A stretch of 64,000 nt of DNA from the human T2T-CHM13v2.0 reference genome, Homo sapiens: assembly GCF_009914755.1 (NCBI RefSeq), contig NC_060932.1. The stretch is one strand, 5' to 3'. Below, one piece after another: positions 1-21,230 of the stretch. Position numbers and translations under genes: made by a program. Position 1 is the stretch's first letter. Every line of letters begins with the position of its first letter. The notes under the pieces were generated by a model. It was not told the origin of the DNA and did not search any database. It was given only the letters and a program-made list of their open reading frames with translations.

Positions 1-200
1 ATATTCTACTATCTCTCAGGATCCTTCCATCCTTAAAAAGTTCATGTTTACCTGCCCTGACTGAGCAGTTTAAAGAATGTATATATAAATTACATGTATA
101 TATATATAAATTAATTCTTTTAATTTAATTAGTTTAGCTTAGAATTCAGAGTTATTTCAGAAGTTAGTTGTAGCTAATTCATAATCTCAAACAGTATTGT

Positions 201-258
201 CTGGAATCTTCTGATCCGTAGTCAGACACGTTATCCATCGCACCACTGGCCCGCGGTT
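201..258 (-). pseudogene. Tailless tRNA-Arg(ACG) retropseudogene (5' 52 nt plus 6 nt of possible leader)
   Basis: The reverse complement of 201-252 is GGGCCAGTGGTGCGATGGATAACGTGTCTGACTACGGATCAGAAGATTCCAG, matching the 5' two-thirds of tRNA-Arg-ACG. It is flanked by the direct repeat tctcaaacagta(t/c)tgtctg at 185-203 and 259-277 and has no poly(A). Confidence 0.9.
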
Positions 259-483
259 TCTCAAACAGTACTGTCTGAAACAAATTCATTTACCTAATTA
301 TGATCCCTGAAATTCTATATATTTTTGTATTAATATAAACAAGAAATTAGACTTTTAAGATTTTTAAGTTAGTGTGTTGTATTTTTCTCTATAGTCATAT
401 TATAACAAATTGGACTTATGCAAATGGTTCTTCTATTTAATTTTTATAATAAATGGTTTGTATTTAGTAGATAAATATTAATT

Positions 484-790
484 ACACTTGATTCTTGAAT
501 AATGTGGGGGTTAGGGACTCTGATTTCTGTGGAATTGAAAATCCGAGTATAACTTTTGACCTCTTCCAAACTAGCCTACCATTGACTGGAAGCTTTACTG
601 ATAACATAAACAGTCGAGGTACATATATTTGGTATGTGCCGCTGCATTATTTACTATGTTCTTAAAATAAAGTAAGCTAGATAAATGAAGCTGATATAAA
701 GAAAATCATAGAAAAGAAAAAATATACTTACTATTCATAAAGCATAAATGAATCCTCCCAAAGGTCTTCATCTTCATCATCTTCAGGTTT
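484..790. mobile_element. Tigger2a/MER8-like DNA transposon fragment
   Basis: Resembles the Tigger2 end: cttgaataatgtgggggttaggg...gaaaatccgagtataacttttgac...aaagtaagctag. Confidence 0.7.
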
Positions 791-1146
791 CCTGCCCTCT
801 GCCTCTTTTAATCTGGTGGACCTCATTCTTTAAGTCTCAGCTCAGGCATGATCTCTAGAAAAGCCATCCCCGAAGGTTTTATTCCTATTCTTTACACCCC
901 GGTGCCTACCACTTAGTAGGAACTCAATAATAAATATTTGGTAAAATAAAGACTGTTTATACAAAGATGATTGCTACAGTCTAGCTGCAAAGGGGATAGA
1001 CATGCAAAGACATGATGTACAGTTCAGGTGGTGAAGTGACACTAGAAAAATTGACAAAGTACTAAGGGAGCCCCAAGGAAGGAGATGCCTGTGTATGTGG
1101 AGAAAGATAGTCAGATTCAAGGAGGATTTCACATAGCATTCTGAGC

Positions 1147-1449
1147 CTTTTTTTTTTTCTTTTTCTGTTTTTGGAGACACATTCTTACTCTGTCACCCAG
1201 GGTGGAGTGCAATGGCATGATTAAGACTCATAGCAAACTCAAAACTCCTGGGCTTAAGGGAGCCTCTCGTCTCAACCTCTTGAGTAGCTGGGACTACAGG
1301 TGCTCACCACCATGCCTGGCAAATTTTCTGTAGAGTCAGGGTTTCTCTGTGGTCTCCAGGCTGGTCTTAAACTCTTGGCCTCAAGCAATTCTCCTTCCTG
1401 GGCCTTCCAAAGTACTGGGATTACAGGTGTGAGCTACTGTGCCCAGCCT
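1147..1449 (-). mobile_element. AluJ
   Basis: Poly-T followed by a diverged antisense Alu body. Confidence 0.9.
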
Positions 1450-1976
1450 ACATTCAGAGTCTTAAAAAATGAAAATAAATTTGTCAGAATAGTAGAGGAA
1501 AACATTTCTGATGTAAAAAATAGGGTGTACACTAATAAAGGTACAAATGGTAACAATAATTTTGCAAATTATTAGTAAATACCAACTTGCATAGCATGTT
1601 GTTAAAAAGATACTATTATGAAGTAGAGAATAGTAAAGTGTTACTTTATATGTTTTTACTGTATTTTTAAATTTTGTTTTGTTTCCAGAAGTTTTGTTTA
1701 TTTATGTTGGGTGGAACAATTTGTGAGCAAACCTTAGATTTTTGCATGGCTTGAACCTACTGATACCTAGTGTCTCCCCAAGTGGTGCGTTGAAGTTTCA
1801 GATAACTAGAAGTATTTCTTAAAGATGTAAATATTCCAGTAAACATTAAGCTTTATTTAAACTCTCAATTTATAAAATAAGAGTATATATTATTTTGTAT
1901 CAATTTTTATAAAGATTATAGTCGTTATCTAACTGTACTAAGTCACTCATTTTAATTAAACGTGGATTTGTCAGCA

Positions 1977-2048
1977 GAACACGACTTAAAAGTGGCTTCA
2001 GAGGAAAAGCAAGAAAGGCTTGAAAGATGTGAAAATAAACAGCCACAG
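1977..2048 (+). pseudogene. ANKRD26-family (ANKRD18/20A/CCDC144-like) exon remnant
   Basis: Translates EHDLKVASEEKQERLERCENKQPQ, the family exon paralogous to POTE EQDLKLTSEEE. It has an upstream cagcag acceptor and a CAG|gtatat donor. Confidence 0.8.
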
Positions 2049-3277
2049 GTATATAAAAATTTAAATTTTAATTTCTGGCTTACTATTGGTTTGTTTGTTT
2101 CTTTTTCTTTGATAACATGGTATAGTCCAAATGAAGTGACCTTCTGGACTATCCCTTTTAGAATCCAACAGATAATCATTTCATATTTAATTTTAAAACA
2201 TTTTAACCAGTTATAAAATTTAAAAAATTCTTACAGTCTGTAGTAACTCATAGCTATCTTTACCCTTGGAATTGAGGCCAGAAATTTCCAGAAGTCTCTT
2301 TGCTCTTTTATTTTTATAACCTTCTTCATGATAAAGAAGGTAACATCAAAAATTGAGTTGTGCTACTAAGCAAGAGAAATTACGAACAATTTAACAGTGA
2401 TGGCCACTGAATTCAACTCATGTTAAAGGACTCATCATTGCCAGTGGCCCAAACTTTGCAGTTTTATGTTGCCAGTCACTAGTGGCTGAGGTTAAAGACT
2501 TCTGTTTTTTGGTCTCTGGTTGCCTCCAGTGTCTATGTTCAGGGAGAGAATTGGGTCATAAAATCAACCCAACTGCCTATTAAGAGAATCATGCCTTCCA
2601 GAATGGGACCTTTGGTATTAGGATACAAACAAAAACTTTCTTATTTTAACATAAATAGTAAATGTTATTAAAAATTTTAAGTCCACTGTCACTAGTGGAA
2701 CTTAGAATATATTAGAACTGGATATAAGCAGATAATCTATCTAGATACATAACACTATCATATTACAGTATAGCATTTGAAGTAGAATCTAAAAATTTTC
2801 TTCTCTTTCTAATTGGTGTTCATTTTGGCTTCTAATAATTTGGCGTTTGCCTACCCTACAGTTAATCTTTAGAAGTATAAATTCACTGTAGGGGTTCACT
2901 ATTTATGGTATGCTGAGGTAAAAGTCTTTTAAAGAGAGAAAGCTTTTATAATACTACATATCTTCTGTGAACCTATTTCTGGTAGATTTAACTCATAATG
3001 AATTAAATTTAGTCCCAAGAAACAACGAGAGTTAAGCTTGATGGTTCATGTTTTTCTCCTGTGTTAGACCAAGCAAATTAGTTTTTACTTCTTAGTTATA
3101 ATCCAGTAGCTTAGGGGTAGCAAAACATAGAATAAGCTTCACAGTTAAATTTTAATTATGTTATAATTTTTCTTTGCTCATACTTGATTACTTCAGAATA
3201 AAGTTAATTTTAAAACATGCACTCTGACAGAGAAGGCATCTGAGAAACAAAACAAGCAAATGAATTTTCCACCTGCA

Positions 3278-4308
3278 AAAAAATGTCTCGAGAACAAGAA
3301 CTGAGTAAGAATTGTGATAAAGAGGATATGTCTATTCAGGGCTTCCTTTAAAATTCATTTTAAAAACGTTCAACTGAAGATTGGTGAAAGTTTTGAAATA
3401 TTCAAAATTACTGTTTGTCCTGAGGAAGCGTTCGTACATAGTAACTCTAAAGAGGGACAAACTTAAAGGGAGTGCCCTCTAATCTGATGAATCATATCCC
3501 TGATCATGAGGAAGCAGATGCATCTGGAGTGTCTAACTGTAGTATTCCAGGCACTGCCTGAACAGAAGGAATGTCTGTTCATTCTTCAAACATGTCTTGT
3601 CATTGCATTTATACCTTGGGTTCCTCAAACAAACTTGCCAGTCATCTTCTAAGCTTTATTCAAATGAAAACAAATCAGACTATAAAAATTATAACAAACA
3701 GTTATAAACAGACCATAGCCTGTTTCTAACAGCGATGAAGAAAATGGTTGAAATGATACAGAAAATGAAAAATTAAGGAGCTCAGTAGTTACGGTTGAAA
3801 TAAAAGAAAACCCAGAGTTTGATAATGCAAGTGATAAAAAATATAAACCAAAATACCACTGATTGGAAATTACACATTAGACATTGGCCTCAGTCTAGAG
3901 ATCCAAAAAGTCTTTTTGATTTGTGGTTTGGCCACTCCAAAGAAATGTATCATGTGATACAGATAGAAAGCCACAGTATTTCCGCTGTTGCAGACACTTA
4001 TAAAAATAGAAAACCAATACAGCACTTGTTCCACAATTCATGTGGATCTTAGAGGCTCTTCTAAAGCTTAAAGATGACTGGCAAGTGTGTTTCAGGGTCC
4101 TACGTATGACAGTCCCACTGTTAATAACTATAAAAGCATAAAACATGAATTAGAAGTTATTCTCCACCCTGTAGTGACAGAACATCAAAAGCATATCTAG
4201 AAGAAGACTTACAGCAAGATATCCAAAGGTTTAAGAATGAGGTGGGCATGTTACAAGTAGAGTCCCTGGCTTTGAAGAAAGAGAAAGTTTAACTACAAAA
4301 TGACAGAG
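3278..4308 (+). pseudogene. Decayed large coiled-coil exon of a CCDC144/ANKRD26-family gene
   Basis: Patches translate to MSREQELSKNCDKED, KITVCPEE, NHIPDHEEADASGVS, VEIKENPEF, NNYKSIK and [36 protein letters not shown], collinear with CCDC144A. Stops and frameshifts are present, and the acceptor appears mutated (gcaa). Confidence 0.8.
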
Positions 4309-5872
4309 GTTCACTTGCTGTTCTCTTTTTATAAGTTATCTGATTCATTCTGATTTTCTACTCAAGAAAATCTCATGTGTATGGTTACACTGTGGTTATC
4401 TAAATGTGTAATTATGTGTCAAAGTAAATTAGTGCTGCTATCTAAATGACACTTCTGGAAATATTCTTGTAATCTTTGTTGATTACTCAACCCAAGTCTC
4501 ACTATTAGTCTTTCAAGTGGCTTATGGGCTGGGAAACTAATTTAGCCATATACCATGTGATCTTCTGAACCAGATAAGCATAAAGAAAATTGCTAAAGAA
4601 ATAAGCTCTAGATTCTTTTTTCTGTATTCATTTAAAGGCGAATTACATTTATTTAAATGATAAAATGGTAATACAGTGGGAGGGAAGCAATGACTGAGAA
4701 GAGACATAAAAATATATCTTGCCTTGAGAGTTGCAACAAATATTCCCATCCAAAGAAGTCTGTTTAATGTGCTTTCATGCATGCAAGTTTATCTGTTTGA
4801 CTCAAACTGTTTAAACTTATTATTCCATCATGGTCATTTTAAATATTTTTGGAAACAAATACATATACTTTCACATATTAAAAAAAATCACCACTCTCCA
4901 ATGTTTCTGTTGAATCAGAATTTACATTATGTTGTTTATTAAAATATGTTAAGTTTTGACATGTATGATTTTGTCATATAAGTAGCATAACCCCTCAGCC
5001 AAAAATTTAGCATTTGATTCTTTAGTTGAAAGCTGAGTTCTGTACATTGTGTTCTAAAGATAGACAAAAATCTAGAGATTTTCTTTTTTCAAAGTAAAAG
5101 CAGATGAGGCCTCCCACTACCCTCGGAGGCATGATCTAGGAGACAGCAGAAAGCAGTTTCAATTCTAGTCATATTTCTAGCTCTAGCTCTACATGCAAGT
5201 ACCTCTGAGAAGTATTTTCATTGGCCTATACACAATGAGGATACTGATACATGTATATTATAAAATAAAAATGTGAAATACAGATGTAGCTAACATTTTA
5301 CAACTGAAGCATTCTTCTAGTCACTGGTAAATGAAAACACCTTAACTAAATCATATGGCAACTACATGTGTGAAGCTTACTAAATAAATTGTTTCATAAG
5401 GCATTTTTTATAGAGAAGTATTTATTCTCCCCAGTCATTCCCTGCTTACTCCACTTTCTATTGGGCTTTTTGCATGTCAAATTTGAAAACATGAACAAAC
5501 AAAATAAAGTGAACATGGTAGTTTATTATTATGAAAGTAATTGTAATGTATAAGTTAGATGTCCCTGTGCTATTGACAAAATTCTCTAAAAACCTTTTGA
5601 ATAAATGTGACAAAGACTACCTAAGTTGATGTCCACAATTTGAGAGAAAAGAAAGACAAAAACAGTCCTTGAGGACTCAGATGCCTCAGGAAGATTTAAG
5701 AAGTTTTTATACTTTGATGGAGCTTTTAAGAAAAATTCATCTATTTTTTTCCTTGCTCTGGTCACATACTGAGAGGACTTACAGACTGCTTACTTAATAG
5801 TATGGATTTGTATTTTTCTTAGAGTAAAGTAGCATCCTGATTTTGAAATAGTTCCTGTAGTTTGTTTAAAGA

Positions 5873-5975
5873 AAGCAGGAAAGAAACAAAACAAGAAAAA
5901 AAGGAAAGAAGGAAGAAAAAAAGAAAGTGAGGAAGGAAGAAGGGAAGGAAGAAAAAATATGGAAGAAAGGAAGAA
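5873..5975. repeat. Degenerate (GGAA/GAAA)n purine tract
   Basis: Direct inspection. Confidence 0.85.
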
Positions 5976-6649
5976 TTTCTTTTAGAGTAGTGGAAAGCTG
6001 TCAAAATCTGCTTAAGAAAACCGTTTGTATAAAATGTTTTGTCTTGCCCTCCAAAGCTCAAAGTCTCTGGTCCTGCTGATGGCTTTCCTATCTAGAATAT
6101 ACAGATCTTCCACAAATTGAAAAACTAAAATATAGAAATATATTTTGTACAGGTGGTGGATTTGAAATGTTTTATCAAGGCTAAAACAGGATGTATATCA
6201 TTATAATACTTTTCCTTCACATTCTGCTCTGAATTTGCTCAGTCAGCACCATTCCACTTAATAAGGCTTAGATCAAATCAAATCAAACTTTGATTTGAAT
6301 ATTACAGAAGAGAACACATGGTAGGAGCTTGTATATTCTCTGTCTCTCTTACTCCTTCTCATGTCTGAGAGAGAATACCTTGGGGTTGACCAGCTAGACA
6401 GTTTATGAGAAGGTAGTATCTCCCTGTTTTCATTCTCCAGGAATACTGAACAGTGTATTATTGAATTATATTTGATTAAAATATACTGATGGAAAAGAGC
6501 ACTTCAGAGTGTCCAAAATGGAAGTAAATGTAAATCTTTTTATAATTTATAAATACCAAGTTTATAAAACGAATCTTCTCTTGTAGATTTGTAGATTGTA
6601 GATTTCTGCTCATAGCAGAAAGCAGAGGCCAAGATAATTTTAAATTATC

Positions 6650-7909
<1,260 letters not shown>

Positions 7910-8934
7910 TAACAATTTTGTTCTGTTACTGTTAGGTTTGTTTTCTAACACCCTGTTTAAGAACTATTTATCCCAGGGGGAATAAAGTTACTTATCAAAT
8001 TTGTTCTGTTACTTATCAAATTTGTTCTGTTACTGTTAGGTTTGTTTTCTAACATCCTGTTTAAGAACTGTTTCTCCCAGGGGGAATAAAATTATATTTA
8101 CTTATGTAAGTGTTAACTACATGTCTCAACTGTGGGGAAAATGGATTCCTAGATAACTCTTTGTAGTACTACATCCATTGTTTGAAGTGTAGTGTGCATA
8201 AAATTTAATGAAGACAATTTGCATTGAAAAAGTCACATTTCTATAAAGCCATAAATTAATTAGTTCTAAGACTTAGCCTACTTGGATGTTAGTAAGTTCA
8301 GTCTCAGTTGCTTACATTGTGTTCTCATACCCTGCATAGAAATGATCCAAATATGAATAGGAATTTGAGGTATAAGTGTTAGCAGAAAAAGAAAATCAGG
8401 GGTGCTCCATGGCTTCTGTCCACAGTGGGCACTGGGTTGGCCTTTGCCTTACCTAGGAGATGGGGTGGTGGAGTGCTCAGGCCAGTTGTCTGCCCTTGGG
8501 TGCTGCTGTCAGGAATGAGACTCTCATCTCCTTTCTTGAAGACATCAGTCTCTGCTACCTTGCTCCTAGTCTCCTCCTCAAGCTCAGGAAAGACTAAAAA
8601 TCCCTCAGATCTAGTTGGTTTCCACCTGTACCAGTCTTTCACATCTCTGTGCTTTGAGATAAAGCAGTACCAGCTCTTTCAGTGAGAGTTAAGACACTGG
8701 TTAAATAGAGTTTGATCTTCCTGCACAGTGATAGCAGGCATTAAAGATGGTAACACAAGTTAACCTTTTTCTAAATAATATCAACAACTATAAAAGAAAA
8801 TTCAAAATATGAAAATATTCTAAAATTGTATTTAGGATAAAAGTAACTATGGTACTTGGATATTCACTAATAAATATTCAGGATCTAAAGTTTATTAATG
8901 CTTTCAAAAAAATAGTACCTATTTTTAATTTTTA

Positions 8935-9237
8935 CTTTTTTTGTTTTTAGAGATTGTGGTCTCACTCTGTCAACCAGGTGTTGGAGTGCAGTGGGACAAT
9001 CATGGGTTACTGTACCCTGGAACTATGGAGCTCAAGTGATCCTCTTGCCTCAGCCTCTTGAGTAGCTGGGACTACAGGTGCATGCTACCCCAACTGGCTC
9101 ATTTAAACTTTTTTTTTTTGTAAATATTGGATCTGGCTGTGTCATCTAGGTTGGTCATAAACTCCTAGCCTCAAGCAATTCTCGTACCTTGGCTTCCCAA
9201 AGCACTGGTATTACAGATGTGAACACCATGCATGGCC
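8935..9237 (-). mobile_element. AluJ
   Basis: Diverged antisense Alu body. Confidence 0.85.
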
Positions 9238-10809
9238 AAGAAACAGAATGTAATATTATAAAGCTATCAACTGAAGAAAATATATTTGATACATATGTAA
9301 AATGTAAAACCTAAAATCTGATTTTTTCTCCTCTTCCTCACCACGTGTATTATTCCATTCTCACATTATGATAAAGGACTAACTGATACTGGGTAATTTG
9401 TTAAAAAAGTGGGGGTTAGTTGACTGACAGTTCTCAGACTATGCAGGAAGCATGGCTAGAGAGGCCTCAGGAAACTTATAATCATGGCAGAAAGTGAAGG
9501 GGAAGCAAACACATCTTTCGTTGTGAGAGCAAGAGGAAGAGAGAGAAGGGGGAGATGATATACACATTTTAAAAGCCAGATCTCATGAGAATTCACTATC
9601 AGGAGAATAGCAAGGGAGAAATCTGCCCCCATGATCCAATCTCCTTTCATCAGCCCCTCCTCCAACACTGGGGATTACAATTTGACATGAGACTTGGGTA
9701 GGGACACAGACTCAAACCATATCATTCTGTCCTGGCCCCTCCCAAATCTCATGTCCTTCTCACATTTCAAAATACAATCATGTCTTCCCAACAGTCCTCC
9801 AAAATCTTAACTCATTTCAGCCTTAATGCAAAAGTCCAAAGTTCAAAGTCTTATCTGAGATAAGGCTAGTCCTTTTTGCCTGAGCCTGTAAAATCAAATC
9901 GATATTACTTATTACTTACTTCCAGCATACAATGGGGGTACAGTCATTGGGTAAATGCTCCCATTTCAGAAAAGAGAAATTGGCCAAAACAAAGAAGCTA
10001 CAGGCTCCATGCAAGTCTAAAACCCAGCAGGACAGTCATTAAATCTTAAAGCTCCAAAGTAATCTCTTTTGATTCCATGTTTCACATCCAGGGCATGCTG
10101 ATGCAAGGAGTGGTTTCCCAAGTCCTTGGGCAGCTCTGCCTCTGTGGATCTGCAGGATACATGGCTGCTTTTACAGGCTGATATTGAGTACCTGTGGCTT
10201 TTCCAGGCACACAATACAAGCTGATGGTGAATCTACTATTCTGGGGACTGGAGGACTGTGGCCTTTTTCTCACAGCTCCACTAGGCAGTTCCCCTGTGGG
10301 AACTCTGTGGGGGGCACCAACCCACGTTTTCCCTCTACACTGCCATAGCAAACATTCTCCATAAGGGCTCTGCCCCTGCAGCAGACTTCTGCCTGGACAT
10401 CCAGGCATTTCCATACATCCTCTGGAATCTAGGCTGATATTCCTAGATGCTCAGCCTCCGAGCATCTGCAGGCTTAACACCACATAGAAGCCCTAGTGGC
10501 TTCCAGCTTACACCCTCTGGCACAGCAGCCTGAAACATATCTGGGACCTTTTTAGCCTTAGCTGAAGCTGGATGCAGGGAGCAGTGTCCTGAGATTGCAC
10601 AGGGCAGCACAGCCCTGGGCTTAGCCCATGAAACCATTCTTTTCTTCTCAGTCTCCAGGCCTGTAATGGGAGGGATGGCAACAAAGTTCTCTGAAATTCC
10701 TTCAAGGCAATTTTCCTATTGTCTTGGCTATTAACATTTGGTTCCTCTTTATTTATGCAAATTTCTGTAGCTGGCTTGAATTCTTCATCAGAAGATATGT
10801 TTTTCTTTT

Positions 10810-16769
<5,960 letters not shown>

Positions 16770-17294
16770 CACATAAGATCATGTTTTTCTTTTATACCAC
16801 ATGGTCAGGCTGCAAATTTTCCAATCTTTTATGCTCTGCTTCCCTTTTAAATATAATTTCCAATTTTAGATAATTTATTTACTTAGGCATATTACCGTAG
16901 GCTATTAGAATCAGCCAGGTCATATCTTGAACATTTTGCTGCTTAGAAATTTCTTCTGCTGATACCCTAAATCATTCTTTTCAAGCTCAAAATTCCACAG
17001 ATCCCTAGACCAGGGCACATTGCTGCCAGTCTCTTTGCCAAAGCATAGCTGAGTGTCCTTTTCCCCAGTTTCCAATGAGTTTCTCATCTCCATCTGAGAC
17101 TTCCTTAGCCTGGACTTTATTGTCCATATCACTATTAGCATTTTGGTCACAACAATTTAGCAAGTCACGAGGAAGTTCCAAACTTTCCCTCACCCTCCTG
17201 TCTTCTTCTGAGCCCTCCAAACTTTTTCAAATTCTTCCCATTACCCAGTTCCAAGTCATTTCCAAATTTTCAGGTATCTGGTTTTTTTAATTTT

Positions 17295-19320
17295 TCAAAA
17301 ATTCAGTTTATTGAGAGAAGACATATATGGTAAAATGCACCCATTTGAAGTGTAGAGTTCAGTGAGTTTTGACAAACATAACCTCAAGCCACAATGAAAA
17401 TACAGAATATTCTCATCATGCCCAGAAAGTTCCCTTGTACCCCTTGGTAGAGAGTCTTTCCCTCCACACCCAACCCCAGGCAACCACAGATTTGCTTTCC
17501 GTCCCTATGGATTCGTTAGCTTCTAGAATTGGAAATAAATGAAATCGTATGGCACATACTTCATTGTGTTTGGTCTCTTTTCCTGTTTTTTGAGATCCAC
17601 AGACACTGCTGTGTGTATTAATAGTCATTCATTTTTACTGCTGTGTGGCATTCCACTGTTACAAACATACCAAATATCCATTTCATTCTTGATGGATGTC
17701 AGGATTATTTTCAGTTTATTGATATTATAAATAAAGTAGTAACAGTCTTTGCATGGACATAGGTTTTTGCTTATCTTGGGGAAATAAGAGTCGAATTGTT
17801 TGGTCACATGGAAGTGTTCATCTGCCTTTATAAGAATCTGCCAAACTGTTTTCCAAAATGATTGTACCATTTTACATTCCTTTTTTTTTTTTTGGCAGGG
17901 TCTCATTCTGTCCCCCACACTGGAGTGCAGGGGTGTGATCCCTGCCCACCGCAGCCTCCGCCTCCCAGGTTCAAGTGATCCTCCCAGGTTCCAGCGATTG
18001 TCCTGCCTTAGTCCCCTGAGCAGCTGGGACCACAGGCATTCACCACCATGTCTGGCTGACCTTTCCATTTGTAGCAGAGATGTGTTTCGCCGTGCCGGCC
18101 AGGCTGGCCTCAAACTCCTAACCTTAAGTGATCCACCTGCCTCGACCCCGCAAATTGCTGGGACCACAGGCGTGAGCCACTGCACCCTGCCCCATTTTAC
18201 ATTCCTATCAACATGTGAGCGTTTCAACTGCTCTGTATCCTTATCAACAATGAAGACTGTCTCTTTTTTATTTTAACCATTCCAGCAAGTATGTTCAGAT
18301 AGCTCATTATGGGTGAATTTGCATGTTCCTGATGAATAATTATACCCTGTGTGTGCTTAATGCCCACCCATATACCTTCTGTGAAATGCGTGTTTAAATC
18401 TTTCACCCATTGTTTTACTGGGTTGCTTGTTTTCTTATTATTGAGTTCTAAGAGTTCTTTATATGCTCGATACAAGTCCTTTGTCCTATATATGTATTGT
18501 AAGTATTTTCAGAGGGTGTGGCTTGCCTTTTTATTTTCTTAACTGTCTTTCAAAGAAAGAGAGTCTTAAATTTTGATGAGATCCCACTTATCAACTTTTT
18601 CTTTTGTGGCTTGTGCTTTTTGTGTCCCAAGAAATTTTTGCAAATGTTCACTGTTTTTCCTGTGACTACTCTGTTGCCAGAGCCACCTGCAGATAAGACA
18701 ATTCCTCCACCTTGAATTATCCCGGTACCTCTGTTGAAAATCAATTAACCAAAAGTGTGTGGGTTGCTTTCTGGGCTCCATTCCACCCCAATGGCCTGCG
18801 TGCCAGTCCTCTTACCAGCACCACATTCTCATCGCTGTAGCTGCACACAGTCTTAATATTGGGGTGAGTAACTTACACTGTTTTGGCTACTCTTACTCAT
18901 TTGTATTTCCATATCGGTTTTAGATTCGGCTTCTCAATTTCTACAAAAAAATTCTGCTATAATTACAATAGATTGCACTGAAATTATCAATTAGTTTGGG
19001 GAGAACTGATGTAACACTCCACGAGCAAAGTCTACATCTGTTTTTATTTAGGTCTTATTATTTCAATGTGCATGTCCTACAAATATTTTCTTAAATTTAT
19101 TCCTCCATATTTCAAGTTTTTATATGCTACTGAAATTCCTAATGAAATTGAATTTTTAAAATTTCATTTTCCAATTGTTTACTGCTAATACACAGAAATA
19201 CAATTGGTCTTTGTATACTGACCTTGAATTCTTCAAACTTGCTAACTTTACTTATTAGTTCTAGTGGCTTCTCTGTGGGTTCCTTAGGATGTTTTATGGA
19301 CACTCTAATGTTGTCTTCTC
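17295..19320 (-). mobile_element. L1M(B)-type fragments carried inside the AFG3L2 retained intron
   Basis: L1M 3'-end motifs (tttattgag...aaaatgcacccatttgaagtgta) and an ORF2-like peptide (KELLELNNKKTSNPVKQW). Confidence 0.75.
17881..18191 (-). mobile_element. Alu (Jb/Sz-like) with about 16 T>C (+ strand) substitutions
   Basis: Antisense Alu with an internal 19-bp duplication. Examples: gggaccacagg in place of gggattacagg (twice) and tagcagaga in place of tagtagaga. Confidence 0.9.
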
Positions 19321-19884
19321 TATGGTTCCCTTGCTTCACCTCAATTCCTGGCCCACCTCAATTCCCAGTGACCCTGATACCCATTGTAAGGCAGGGAGGC
19401 AGCTGCTTTCTGTCATCTGTGCTGCAGTAGTTTGGGAAATGCCCTCAGTTGAAAAGCAGAAAACGTAAAAATGTCACGTGGTTCCCCCCTGTCTTTCAGG
19501 GGTAGATTTATCTTTGGTCTCTGCTTACCCTTTTGCCAGGCTTTCTGGGATCGCCACTGTGAACGTGTAGTTTAGTGGTCGGCCTGGGATTTGGGCAGTT
19601 CCTACTCAGATTCGGGCCTCACCTCTTGGTAGTTTTCTCGCTTCTGGGATTTTCGTATTAAATTTCCAGTATTCTTCAAGTTCCAGACTATCTCCTCTAC
19701 CACCTTAGGAGAGTAAAGCCTATGTCTCACACCACTCTAGTGTGGAGATTATGAAAAACCCTTAGGCAAGAGAGCCACAGGCTCCCAGTTCAAACCCACT
19801 GCAGCTGCTGCTTTATAGGAGCAAACTCTCCTCCAGCTCTGGCCTGCTTTTGGACACTCTGAGGTCCCTTTAAATAATTTTCTG

Positions 19885-20180
<296 letters not shown>

Positions 20181-20569
20181 GATTTTCTGTCCAAATTTTA
20201 TATTTATCTATGGGACAGTTTGTGCAACCATGGTTACCAGAAGTTACCAGAAGTTTTGGCTAAAGCCTTCTAAATATCTTGTTTCTTTCTCCTTTGCGGG
20301 AGTGTAGCTTGCTTCTTGAGTGACTGCAGCGAGCAGCTGCTTGCGTGCACTGGCTGCCTAGTGCAGCCACCCTGCTTCACCTTTAAGAGCAGGTCTGTGG
20401 GCTCCAGATACCAGCTGGCAACCGCATGGCCTGCTTCATGGTATGCCACGGTCTTCTCCTCAGGCTGCAGAACCTGCGTTTTCTTCTCTAAGCGACCAAT
20501 CACTTGCTCAATTGCCTGTTCGAAGTGTTTCTGATTTATGGAATCTGACAGGTGTCTCGCAGCAATCTA

Positions 20570-21230
<661 letters not shown>

